Shown here one piece after another: positions 57,001 through 64,000 of a stretch of 64,000 nt of DNA (position 1 is the stretch's first letter; each line of letters begins with the position of its first letter). The position numbers were made by a program, and so were the translations under genes. The notes beneath the pieces were generated by a model that saw nothing but the letters and a program-made list of their open reading frames with translations, had not been told where the DNA came from and searched no databases. The DNA comes from Candidatus Omnitrophota bacterium (GTDB lineage: Bacteria > Omnitrophota > Gorgyraeia > Zapsychrales > Fredricksoniimonadaceae), in NCBI GenBank assembly GCA_903908245.1, contig CAIVRE010000008.1:1432-65431 (forward strand), written 5' to 3'.

Positions 57001-60000
57001 CGCAGCGTTGGGGATCGCACTCGCAAATCGAAGGTCCGCCTTATTCCCCACAGAATAAACAACCTTATCCGAACCCGCCTCGCCTGTGCCTCTGGCCGTA
57101 TAAAGAGAACGCTGCTCAAAATCCGCCTGAAGGCGGCGCTGTTTTCCTGCTTGATCAGCATCCGCGATCGCAGACTCTTTAAGTGCAAACTCGGGCCCCT
57201 TGCTCTTCTCTTGTGTCGAGCCCTGACCGGTCTTTTTATGCGGTGTCACATCTGAATAAGACCCGTTAGTCTTCCCATCGGATACCGCCATGATCAAACT
57301 CTCTCCTAAGAAAGCAACATCTTCTGACTGCCCCAATGGACCAGACGCAAGCTTACGCCAAGTCGGAGAGAACATATTAAATGCCAACTCGTTCTTAACT
57401 TCCCCTGTAACGACCCCATTCTCCATCTTGGCACCCTTGGCATATTCCTTAACCCCGCCACGGGCAAGAACATTCGTCCTGGAATCATCAGCAAAAACAA
57501 CAATGCCATCCTTATATTCCAACATGGCCTTACGAATATCCCCGTCATTGATCGCAACACCTTGCGCCATCAGCCCGTTGGTTGAAACATATGATTGCAA
57601 TGGGCCGCTCAAATTATTTATATTAGTAAAAAGCTCCGCGATCTGCTGTTTCTTGGTTTCCGGGTTCCAATTGGCTTCCTTCAAATAAAGCACCATATTC
57701 TGCTTACTACCGGACACAGCATCGGGCAGGGTAACAAACTGCTTAAGAATCCCGCCGCCATTCCCTGATATCGATCTTTCCATGGCAACAGTGCTTCCAT
57801 CCATCACATATTTACCGTCCTGTACCGTAAACCCGCCCTTATATATCCCGTCCTGACGTGCCCCAGCATAATCATAAAGCAATAAAGGAGACGACCAAAT
57901 AACCCCTCTCCCCGATACTGATTTACTTCCTGTGGCAATTCCATCCTGCTGTTGGGGAATAATATTGGTAATAGCCTGCGTTGCCGCCGTTCCTTCGTTA
58001 TATTTATAATGAGACCCTGTCGTCTGAAAATGGATCGGAGTGACATCTCCCGTCAACACGATCTTCCCGGCCAACGGGTTCTGACTAACGGCAAAATTAT
58101 TTAAATTATCACCGGTAAACATCAACGCGGATATCTGCTTGGCTGTCGATGAAAAAACCTTGGCATCAATCCCGGAACCATCTTCTTTTAACGCTTTTAA
58201 AGCCACCTGCTCCTGCTGCATGGTCTTAATATCCGTGTCCGAAACTCCCATCGACTTTAACGCTTCTGCAAATTTTTCCGGAGTCATCTCCCGAATAGCC
58301 TGGACAGCGATACCTCCAACACCCAAGGCCTGCCCCATCCCCGCTGTCAATCGTTGTCCTGGTTCATTGGCACTTAACACAACATGTCCAGCCTCCACTC
58401 CACTCTGACCGACCGTCGCCTCTTCTTTGACCGGAACAAATGTTCCTGCATGCGCCCCAAATATCTTCTGCCTGGATTCTTCTTCTGCGGCAGCAGCCAC
58501 AAGTTGCTGCCCTTGGGAAACCCATGCAGTGACTGCACCCATATCCGCACCAGCTTTTGTCAACTCCGTCGCTTTTATCTTTAGATCAAAAGCCTTATAA
58601 GACTTGTCTTCCGCACCCTTGCGAACTTTCTCGTCAGTTGACTCCCTATCGGCAACAACCTCTGCGTCAAGCGCCGTAGACTGCCTCATCAAGTCCTGCG
58701 CAGTTTCCGCTATGGCTGTCTTTAATATTTTCTTTTCATCATCAGAAAGAACAGCGCCGGGCTTCATGGACTTCTGGACAACTTCTGCCATCGATCCCAG
58801 ATTCTTCGCCTGCAACGACTGGACCATCATCTGTGCCGCGCTGATCGACCTCACCGGAGCGTTTGTCTTTTCCGTCCCTGAATAAACCGCAACCGCCTGA
58901 GAAAGCGGCAACGTCTTTTCACCATTACCTTCAGCTTTATACTCCCTAAGATCTGTGACTTCCTTCCCGTCAGCATCCACCGTCTTAACCGGGATCTTGC
59001 CGGATACAGAAGCGCCGTTCATCATCGGCATCCATCCATCGCCCGCCGGATCATAAAGATATTGATTGGAGCCTGTCTGATATGTTAATTTCCCAAGGCC
59101 CAATTGAGCATTATTTAAGAAAACCAGTTTTCCGCCTTTAAACAACCCATCCCTAAAATTATCCTGATTATAGCCACGCTGCATCCTGCCGGAACTGCCA
59201 TCACCGATAGTAGCCTGGCCATCAAAATAATCCACAATAGCTCTGTCTCCCGCCGTACCCGCGATAACATCTACCCTGCCCGTTTCATTAGATAGCGCCT
59301 TGCCATCGATAATATAACGCGCTCCATGATATTTATCCGTCCCGTTCACAACACTCATGCCACCCTGATTCATTCCCAAACTAAATGGCTGCGCGATATA
59401 CCCGATCGCATCCTTAACACTGGTGTCCTCAGTCCTGAGCGTTTCCGTACCATCCAAAACCGGTATATTTTCTCTGACGATCCCCCGGCCTAAACCGATC
59501 TCCGTCGCCTTCGCCCCATCAACCTTTACCTCTGCCGAACCTCCTGTATAATTCAATAATCTCCCAACAACCTGTTCTTTATCATCGAGGATCGCCCCTA
59601 TAAGATTCTTTGAATTGATGCTCAAGACAGTATCTGTACTCTTTACCCCTGACGCCGGTTCATCAGCAGAATTATCCTTCTTGGGATCAGCATCCCCTTT
59701 TGCCAACCCGAACGGCGTTGCCATAAACCACCCGGTCGTCTTGCCCTTGCCAACAAGAGGATTCGACCCTGCGAACTTGATCTGGCCATCACTTGTTACA
59801 GAAGCCTCAGCATCACTTAAGCGGCCAACAGACGAAGGATCTTTGCCCTTCTCTGTCCCATTCTCCCACCTAGACTGAGTCATTGCCGTATTTGCAAACG
59901 TTGCGTTAGGCTGAAGTCTTACATTCAAATACGGAAAATCTGCCAATGTGACCACGCCATCTTGTAAAGCGGACTGATATTTTTCCTTTACCCCAAAATT

Positions 60001-63000
60001 AAATGTTCCGGTAATATCAGTCTGCGCGGCATCTTGATACTTAATAACCTGCCCATTGGCATCCAATTTAGCTGTACGCTCACCATCGAAAAAGGAATGC
60101 GTAACACCTTCCTGTGTTAACGTTCCAACTTTTCCTTTCTCAACACCAAACATGACCTTTCCATCCTTCATAAAGATCGTAAGATTATCGGCGATCCCCT
60201 GAGCGGTAGTACTATATGCACTGTGATACCGAAGGATACTATTGCTTGTCTCAACATTCAGCGCACCGCCCGTCAGCATGCTGACCGATAATTGTTTATT
60301 ATAATCTGTAAGGGGAAGACTTTCCAAAGAAGCCCCTTTAAGACTCTCTTCAGAAAGAGTATTTGTCGTTAATTTCCCATTAGCCGAATACAGCAGAGCC
60401 CTGTTTGTAGCAGTATCCAGCGTGGCCAAATTCCCGGTCAATATCCCATGAAATTCACTAATATTGCCGCTCTTATCCGTCGTCCAGGGATTCTTCCCTG
60501 AAACCAACGACGCTGAATAAGCCACTCCATCTTTGGAAGAATCCCAGCCATACACCTCCGCAACAGTCTGATTACCCGATTCCTTTGCTTCCGGACCATC
60601 AACTCCTTTGACAACTTTAGCCTGACCACGTTCCCAAACCATGGATATAACTCCACCCTGGCCATTGTCCTTATTATCCGCGCCGACCTGGGTAAAAGAA
60701 GCCGAACGATTCGGGTTAACCAGCCACTTGCTAATATCATCCGCCCGTATACCAACAAGACTTCCCGCCTGGAATGTCTTCCTATAAGCCCCAGCCCCCA
60801 TCAACGCATGAGCAGCATTAATATTCACCCCGCGAAAATCACCATGCAATACCGGATCTGGAACGCCCATATTATAAAAGTCAACCGTACCATGGAACTC
60901 ATCACGTGACTGAACCTGTCCCTGCTCCTGAACACTCTTGAACGTCATGTTCTGTGCGAAAACCTTTTGGGTTGCAGCCTCACCGGCTTTGGAACTAGCC
61001 TTTCCCGTCGGCGTCAAAACACTGAAATTCAACGCGATCGGATCGCTCACCTTGCCACTGCTTTCCTGCGACGGAGTGATCACATAATCATTGCCACGGC
61101 TCAATCCTTGAGAAGACGCCGTCAACTCCGTCATCAATGCCGCCAACTCAGTATCCCCTGTGGCCTGAGTAACCAGCGCTCCGGCCATGCCACTAAAACC
61201 AACACGAGTCAGCTCCTTTGCCAATGCAAGCGATTCCTGGGCCTCCGGTGTTGATAATTGTTTCGCAAGGTACGGCGCGCTAATAGAAAGTTCTTTGGGA
61301 GTTCCCCGAGGATCATTCATCTGACGATTGACATAAGTCGTCGCAATCGTCTGCAAGGGATCGCCGCTAAAATTAAAATCCCCGGCTGAAAGATCCAGCA
61401 GGGTCTTTTTCTGGGCATCTGCCTGATAAACAAAACCAAACCCGCCCTTGCTTTCCTGGCCGACAAAAGACCCGTAGAATGATGTCGATGCCGCCGAGGA
61501 ATAATCGCTCTTCGCCAGGGCCAACGCCGCAGGATCAGCATTCAATGTGTCCACTTTCACTTGCAATTCATTAAGCTGATTATTAAGCCTTGCAATCTGC
61601 ACTGGATCGGCACTAGCCCCCTTGGCATTTTCTTTGGCTATGGCAAGCTTAAGACTATCCCCCTGACCCTTCAGTTGTTCCACGGCATTTTGTAAATTAT
61701 TTGAAACACTGCTCGAAACACCCCGCCACGCGCCCGGCATCCCCTGCACACTCGTAAATCCTTCAGTCACGAGCTGCTGGGCTTGAGCATTATTTGCATC
61801 CTGCATATTCAACACCGGAACAACCTTGGCGTTCGAAACCAATCCAAAAAAAGATGTTCCATCAGGCTCAAGCTTGGACGCCGACTCTTTTGTATAAGTA
61901 CCATACGAAATCCCATTCACAGAATTCCCGCTCACCGGAACAGTAATACTCACATTGCCAATATTCATGCTCTGCGCATAAACCTGCCCGCCAAGGCCAC
62001 TGAGCCCGTTGGTTCCGGCATCACCTAATGTCGCCGCCATCAACTGTTGATACGCCACGCTCTTTGCTGACCCGTCATTGAACATCGGCTGAAGGCCCAT
62101 AAAATACTGATCCTGCCCCGCCGGAAGCTTACCGCAGCAATAATTCATCGCACTAAAGTCCGCCACCAGGCGCGTTTGAGCCTGCACATCCGAATCCGTG
62201 AATGACATCGTCATCTTATAGAAATTGGGCGTATAAAGCTCTGTTTCAAACTGTTGCCCTGTTCCAACCTTTGCGCCGGAGAATGCCTGAAAAGCCCCGG
62301 TATTCTGATTATAAAGCTGTTGATTAACGATCGATAGAGACCCGGTCGTATTAGCTGCGAACTTCTGGCCAAAAGTATAGGTATTGGCTGTCTTCACTAA
62401 ATTATTCATGGATTCGGAGCCAACCTGGGCATACTGGTTGCTCATATAGCTCACCCCCGCCAGGGTATGACGATTCACTGAATCCATGCGCCACTGCGTA
62501 TCCATTTGTTCATCCGTACGGCGCTGGTCCTCAGGCAAAGCGGCGTTCTCTTTTTCGGACTTCTTCTGCTGACGCTCAAACTCGATCGCGCTATCAATAG
62601 AGAAGCCAGCTGCTCCGGCAAGATGCTCACCATACCCCATCATGGCTGTTGGACTATCAAACGAAAAACCGCCCTTTGTATTAATAAAGTTCGTACCATA
62701 AACGATCCCCATCCCCATATTAGCCTGGGAATACATTGCCGCGCCAAACATATCGCCTTGCAAAATACCTGTTGCTGAACTAACGAGCGCAAGCTTCCCC
62801 TGGAACGTATCAATATTCTGTTTGAACTCCCAGCCATTGGTAGCCGACATTCTTACCAATTTTGCCATATTCTTTTCATCATTAGCCCAAGCTTGCACGA
62901 TCGGCGCCGCGGCAATAACAGCCTGTCCGGCCGCCGTTTTACTTTCTGTTTCCCACGCCGCTGCATACGCTGCCTTAACAACATCAGGCCGGATCCCGGC

Positions 63001-64000
63001 AATGCTTTGATAAAGCGCTGTTTTCTCCTCCATAGTCCCTGCCGTAGCCAATGCCGCATTAAGCTTGGCAAGATCCCCTGGCGAAAGATTTGCAATTTTA
63101 GCCTGAAGAACCGCATCTTGCGTCTTTGCCGTCTGATCCATATCCCTTTGAACAGTTTGAGCATTTGCCGTAAGTTCCTCCACACCCCCCTGTCCAGCAT
63201 CTTTCAATGTGGAATTCAGACCTTCTCTTTCTTTTGATCTCTCCCACTCCGCAGCTCCACCCAACACAATTCCGGATACCATATTCATTGAAAGCCCGGC
63301 AACCATATTGAACTGGGCAGCGCTATATGTATAATTCCTTGACCCGTCATCTTTACCGATCGCCGACTCCCGCAATTTATCAAAAACAAGCCCTGTCCCG
63401 GCCACAAGAAGACCAGAAATCACACGTGCACCCATGTTGTCCCAAAGCTGCCCACTGGCCATTGATTTCTGTCCGGAATCCATCATCGTATAACCTACGC
63501 CATACGAAACAACCGCTGAAACACCCTGGCCGATCCCCTTGGAAAGAGCGCTGTCCGGATCGCCGCCGAAGGCATAGCGGGCAACACCGCCTGCCGCTTT
63601 ACCCACAGAATCAGCTACAACAGAAGAAAGATTTTTCGATAATGCTGCACCAAAACTCGCCCAGCTCACTTTGCCATAAGACGTTTCCGCCTTTGCCATG
63701 GCCTGATCCGCGTCCATATGCCCACCGTCAATGGCATCTTGCTTCAAAATCTTCTGCTGTTCCGCCTTAAGACCTTCTTGATTAGAAGGATCACTCACCC
63801 AAGCTTGTCCGGCAACAGCCTGAGACGCACCGTCATATGCCTTATATACATCACTGTTCATGATCGCTGCCGCTTTGGCATTGGTCATTCCACCGTCACT
63901 GGCATTGGCCTCCGCGATCTTTTGATTGATCAGATCTGCATTAGGCAGATCCGCACCCCCGGCCTGTGTCGGAAGAGCTTTGCCATCAGCAACAGTATTC
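1..64000 (-). CDS. Single giant ORF spanning the whole window (>=21,333 codons), partial at both ends; multi-domain membrane-anchored mega-protein of unknown overall function
   Basis: Minus-strand codons correspond to + triplets 1-3, 4-6, etc. No tta/cta/tca in that + phase in any scanned line (1-420, 36421-37680, 44041-44400, 50161-50760, plus 53401, 55021, 57001, 60001, 63841-64000). About ten independent motif anchors are in this one phase: GNAT ~2640, MTase ~2090, DHH ~4490, GT2 ~5600/6100, DUF218 ~7040, HATPase ~7650, FCP1-like DxDxT ~10435, PEP-utiliser ~11200/11950, GH13 ~14793, GDE_C ~16400, DVHG ~23205, Walker A ~41440 and ~49120. The ORF track lists no minus ORF ending on a coordinate divisible by 3. 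All long + ORFs share the antisense-aligned phase. Strong GC3 bias on the minus frame in the GC-rich part. Confidence 0.8.
880..1180 (-). other. C-proximal cluster of about three transmembrane helices
   Basis: Reverse complement of 900-1185 reads MTRVRKIVLGIEGTLGFVKFLGIPALIGGVASGNPALGIMISIFLLCLGGIARFCVLVWHRLKYRDFVLNPSAYVLTLAPLYFGFIVTMLALSFPRYGW. Confidence 0.4.
1500..2250 (-). other. Class I SAM-dependent methyltransferase-like fold
   Basis: Reverse complement of 2041-2127 reads RFFEFGSGADMRGALLACGYFGMTAVAAE (motif I-like h-h-E-h-G-x-G-x-x), followed about 20 aa later by an acidic ELDP (motif II-like). Confidence 0.35.
2520..2950 (-). other. GNAT-type N-acetyltransferase-like domain
   Basis: Reverse complement of 2581-2670 reads ...IWVREDLRGRGLAGHLFAQFLSRFPEVM (GNAT motif A, R-x-x-G-x-G/A). 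Preceded by a hydrophobic TM pair (2930-3050). Confidence 0.45.
4300..4850 (-). other. DHH-family phosphoesterase-like domain (N-terminal DHH motifs only)
   Basis: VVVFADHMDIDSFV (reverse complement of 4748-4790; DHH motifs I/II) and ATWLTIDHHPARPG (4476-4499; DHH motif III). No GGGH DHHA1 motif seen downstream. Confidence 0.35.
5450..6150 (-). other. Family-2 glycosyltransferase (GT2, DPM1/GtrB-like) domain
   Basis: LRYYFVDDGTPGAASAGCVR (reverse complement of 6061-6120), SKIFNLIIHWGLPPLRGIED and TQRGFKLFKRAVIGAILPHV (reverse complement of 5581-5700): DDG ... ED ... QRGFK motifs. Preceded by a hydrophobic TM stretch (6440-6545). Confidence 0.6.
6850..7330 (-). other. DUF218 (YdcF/SanA/ElyC-type) domain
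   Basis: ELVITSGRGRLTW ... LETASTNTLENFQNILPWLEARR (reverse complement of 7021-7090; the S-x-T-x-EN signature of DUF218). Confidence 0.45.
7560..8000 (-). other. GHKL-type ATPase (HATPase_c; histidine-kinase / anti-sigma Ser-kinase-like)
   Basis: IVFEMLNNAVVFSPKDA (N-box; 7921-7970) ... DLGEGIDP (G1) ... RFPLVSPKGTGGRGLLIIGE (G2; reverse complement of 7621-7680). Confidence 0.5.
10000..10460 (-). other. FCP1/NIF-type HAD phosphatase domain
   Basis: Reverse complement of 10381-10500 reads FVSLQREISSRRHTVAMDMDNTLALYDPVTNTYSARPGMA (DxDxT/L signature), followed by ...VRLVLWSYA... and ...HVLVDDHD... Confidence 0.5.
10900..12000 (-). other. PEP-utilising enzyme module: swivelling phospho-histidine domain plus TIM-barrel PEP-binding domain
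   Basis: LAVLNMAGSPQSHYALMAKS (reverse complement of 11941-12000; PEP-utiliser signature 1-like, G-x-x-x-S-H-x-A-h-h-A-K) and MASFISFGTNDLTAAL (11185-11226; signature 2, S-h-G-T-N-D-L). Confidence 0.55.
14300..15350 (-). other. GH13 (alpha-amylase family) catalytic-domain-like module immediately downstream of GDE_C
   Basis: DCFIANHVADDSP (14972-15016; region I, DxxxNH) and GFGGLRLDAPKG (14767-14800; region II GFRxDAAK-like with the catalytic Asp). Confidence 0.5.
15400..16500 (-). other. Glycogen-debranching-enzyme C-terminal (amylo-alpha-1,6-glucosidase, GDE_C / six-hairpin) domain
   Basis: YVNWGRDTMISLPAL (16390-16470), RYNSVDATFWLF (16283-16320), GKAVEINALWYDGL (15900-15970), QGTIWPWL, CPAQAWSLAAAIE. 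These are characteristic GDE_C signatures. Confidence 0.6.
22400..23230 (-). other. Calcineurin-like metallophosphoesterase domain
   Basis: Full motif set in order: LADVHG (23194-23205), QLGDVTRQ (GDxxDR), LMGNHE (about 22960-22976), LFVHGG (about 22640-22665). Preceded by a TM helix (23345-23420) and a Pro-rich hinge (23440-23640). Confidence 0.65.
23650..24520 (-). other. Clan GH-A-like (beta/alpha)8 glycoside hydrolase domain (GH5/GH17/GH128-type NE acid/base motif)
   Basis: Reverse complement of 24181-24240 reads TVAGHPALRYIVLGNEEENK (h-h-h-G-N-E motif). Downstream LVLGEAGAD and ELTNESW. Preceded by a signal-anchor-like TM (24705-24750) and a P/T/A hinge (24530-24690). Confidence 0.45.
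25100..25460 (-). other. Lys/Ala/Glu-rich charged segment (ER/K-type single alpha-helix-like spacer)
   Basis: Reverse complement of 25201-25320 reads EAAARDAADPVKAAAKKAAEDAQKAEEAAKKVKEDAKKVE. The track's minus ORF 25164..25412 is the out-of-phase Arg/Lys-rich image of the same region. Confidence 0.45.
25480..30620 (-). other. Polytopic membrane module (about 1,700 aa; ten or more hydrophobic helix-length segments separated by soluble loops)
   Basis: Examples: ARWFVGGMIALLLTIGFFLPFAGHRF (reverse complement of 30541-30610); LIGTVSALFIWLAFPAAGLIVKGVGVANFVAMPWGMIMGAFASLMGLIFGALI; LMWFYAAQALALITAVVFPWSLCLPTLIIAVPVWLQIGLQVIPALIFL; LIVLIAVGFHPAKAVLWIVTMLMPLAGVGAPFI; GIEALVQLGAFIFLSLWGGV. Confidence 0.4.
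30650..36340 (-). other. Large soluble region (about 1,900 aa) of unrecognised function between the membrane anchor and the polytopic membrane module
   Basis: Open minus frame; hand translation is protein-like but no confident family motif was recognised. Confidence 0.25.
36340..37940 (-). other. Membrane-anchor segment with three predicted TM helices (about 37875-37935, 37215-37270, 36345-36405) flanking an internal repeat region
   Basis: Hydrophobic runs: LPVIVFGVVLALAVLGARYF (reverse complement of 37861-37940), TGVVLVFAAILGYAAGIG (reverse complement of 37201-37290), VIVIIVAVVLFAGAGIA (reverse complement of 36340-36420). Confidence 0.4.
37300..37660 (-). repeat. In-frame coding repeats: a 34-nt core duplicated with a 228-nt period (37351-37384 and 37579-37612, 33/34 identical), plus 21-nt periodic units at 37440-37575
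   Basis: Direct repeat cttact[c/t]gtattcgctactgtactaccattgccc at 37351-37384 and 37579-37612. Each copy sits in the reverse complement of a run encoding GNGSTVANTSKV. Short repeats gaactgcattcac / cactgcatt encode VNAVRSNAVKVVRSVVNAVRKGVVNGAK (heptad-like VNAVR units). The frame stays open throughout. Confidence 0.6.
38040..38200 (-). other. Pro/Thr/Gly-rich hinge
   Basis: Reverse complement of 38041-38160 reads ...NTSLPPTPTPGPTPTPGPAPAPVVPAMPVVPQGPQLPGAG... Confidence 0.5.
39950..41500 (-). other. Second P-loop SF2/SecA-like ATPase module (paralogous to module 1)
   Basis: Reverse complement of 41401-41490 reads QAGVWIAKIGTGAGKSSVAVVAMAADHRKN, a Walker A close to the one in module 1. Reverse complement of about 39961-40080 reads ...SGDVLVVLADTKSTHTEIDQGLGRSRGVKVSGRLTETPI, resembling SF2 helicase motifs V and VI (QxxGRxxR). 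Confidence 0.4.
41650..41830 (-). other. Pro/Val-rich hinge
   Basis: Reverse complement of 41641-41820 reads ...VPVRTPRNVPAVPLPSPVRVMPPAVPVVPVVPAITPMVAPPMRIVSEQPSAPEVKK. Confidence 0.45.
44000..44290 (-). other. Pro/Thr/Ser/Ala/Val-rich low-complexity hinge
   Basis: Reverse complement of 43981-44280 reads ...GPASTAPAPVALPTTSTSSITVTTTPTPVVNQPMASVIPAVTSVVAQAPAVPVITPPVAPQTLAALNDE. Confidence 0.5.
47950..49250 (-). other. SecA-like DEAD motor ATPase module 1 (P-loop NTPase)
   Basis: Reverse complement of 49021-49200 reads ...GFFQTAFGKSGRMMWDQFVGGGKSTIAVAMAGVLAATGKKVALVATSDDLYKAW. This matches the SecA N-domain pattern RHFDVQLxGG...GEGKT...LNALTGKGVHVVTVNDYLA. Upstream KRFDIREEQ matches SecA RHFDVQ. 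Downstream MDEFHRV is Walker-B-like (about 49.0-48.8 kb in the uncheck hand read). About 330 aa further on, VLGMTGTAKD (+ 48100-48135) matches the SecA GMTGTA motif. Confidence 0.55.
49300..53100 (-). other. Long charged alpha-helical/coiled-coil spacer (E/K/A/L/Q/R-rich, heptad-like)
   Basis: Verified stretch: reverse complement of 51721-51840 gives LTKFSKVGMFQKRLEQKKAELARFLETAIKGSKERSQNVR. Similar composition throughout, e.g. ...LEAAQVRQQGVEALEGGKINKAVKLLEKAVKLDALAAKENRNDL... Confidence 0.4.
53100..64000 (-). other. N-terminal Gly/Ser/Thr/Asn/Ala/Tyr-rich beta-type region (about 3,600 aa) with alternating aromatic/hydrophobic patterns; adhesin-, beta-helix- or beta-barrel-like; no catalytic motif recognised
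   Basis: Hand translation of the minus frame, e.g. ...NTVADGKALPTQAGGADLPNADLINQKIAEANASDGGMTNAKAAAIMNSDVYKAYDGAS... Repeated G-x-G, N-x-x-G and Y/F-alternating stretches. Lower GC (~45-50%). Confidence 0.35.

Noticed and set aside
1-64000. Interpretation as an operon of many separate minus-strand genes (glycosidases, phosphatases, ATPases) with short intergenic gaps
   Set aside because: No in-phase stop codon was found anywhere sampled. Every domain anchor is in the same phase. The ORF track contains no minus ORF in that phase, although each separate gene would have appeared as a long start-to-stop ORF. Junctions between domains are Pro-rich hinges or TM helices, not start/stop/RBS arrangements.
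1-64000. tRNA, rRNA or other structured ncRNA genes, promoters and rho-independent terminators
   Set aside because: No intergenic space exists in which they could lie. No tRNA-like cloverleaf signatures or G+C stem-loop followed by a T-run were noticed on either strand. Any such sequence would be embedded in coding sequence and cannot be supported.

Overview
The whole 64 kb window appears to be one uninterrupted protein-coding frame on the minus strand. Minus-strand codons sit on + triplets 1-3, 4-6, ... 63997-63999, and no start or stop codon falls inside the window. This implies a single giant gene of at least 21,333 codons that runs past both edges. No second gene, RNA gene, CRISPR array, mobile element or intergenic/regulatory stretch was found.

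Evidence for the single frame:
- About 70 window lines (roughly 1,400 codons) in that phase were scanned at positions between 1 and 64000, with the longest continuous stretch at 36.4-37.7 kb. None contained tta, cta or tca, the + strand images of a minus-strand stop.
- About ten recognisable protein motifs between 1.2 kb and 49.2 kb all sit in this one phase.
- None of the ~80 minus-strand ORFs in the supplied track ends on a coordinate divisible by 3. A fully open frame can never be reported as a start-to-stop ORF, so this is the expected result.
- The long + strand ORFs in the track all start on coordinates equal to 1 mod 3 and translate to Arg/Pro/Gln/His-rich junk. They are the codon-aligned antisense shadow of the real gene.

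Reading the minus strand myself gives a modular mega-protein, listed here from N-terminus (64 kb end) to C-terminus (1 kb end):
- roughly 11 kb of Gly/Ser/Thr/Asn/Tyr-rich beta-type sequence;
- roughly 4 kb of charged alpha-helical or coiled-coil spacer;
- a SecA-like motor ATPase module at 49.2-47.9 kb (RxFDxR, GxGKST, TGKxVxLVxTxDDL, GMTGTA);
- a second, paralogous P-loop/SF2-like ATPase module at 41.5-39.9 kb;
- several Pro/Thr-rich hinge segments;
- a triple transmembrane anchor flanking in-frame repeats at 37.3-37.66 kb;
- a roughly 5 kb polytopic membrane module at 30.6-25.5 kb;
- a downstream string of enzyme-like domains (several more are listed under features): a clan GH-A-like TIM barrel, a calcineurin-like metallophosphatase, a glycogen-debranching-type GDE_C plus GH13 pair, a PEP-utilising-enzyme phosphotransfer unit, an FCP1/NIF-type HAD phosphatase, a GHKL (HATPase_c) ATPase, DUF218, a GT2 glycosyltransferase, a DHH-like phosphoesterase, a GNAT acetyltransferase and a SAM-methyltransferase-like fold.

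GC content falls from about 63% in the C-terminal two thirds to about 45% in the N-terminal third without breaking the frame.

All domain calls come from motif recognition by eye. Coordinates are approximate (about +/-100 nt) and need HMM or structure-based confirmation.
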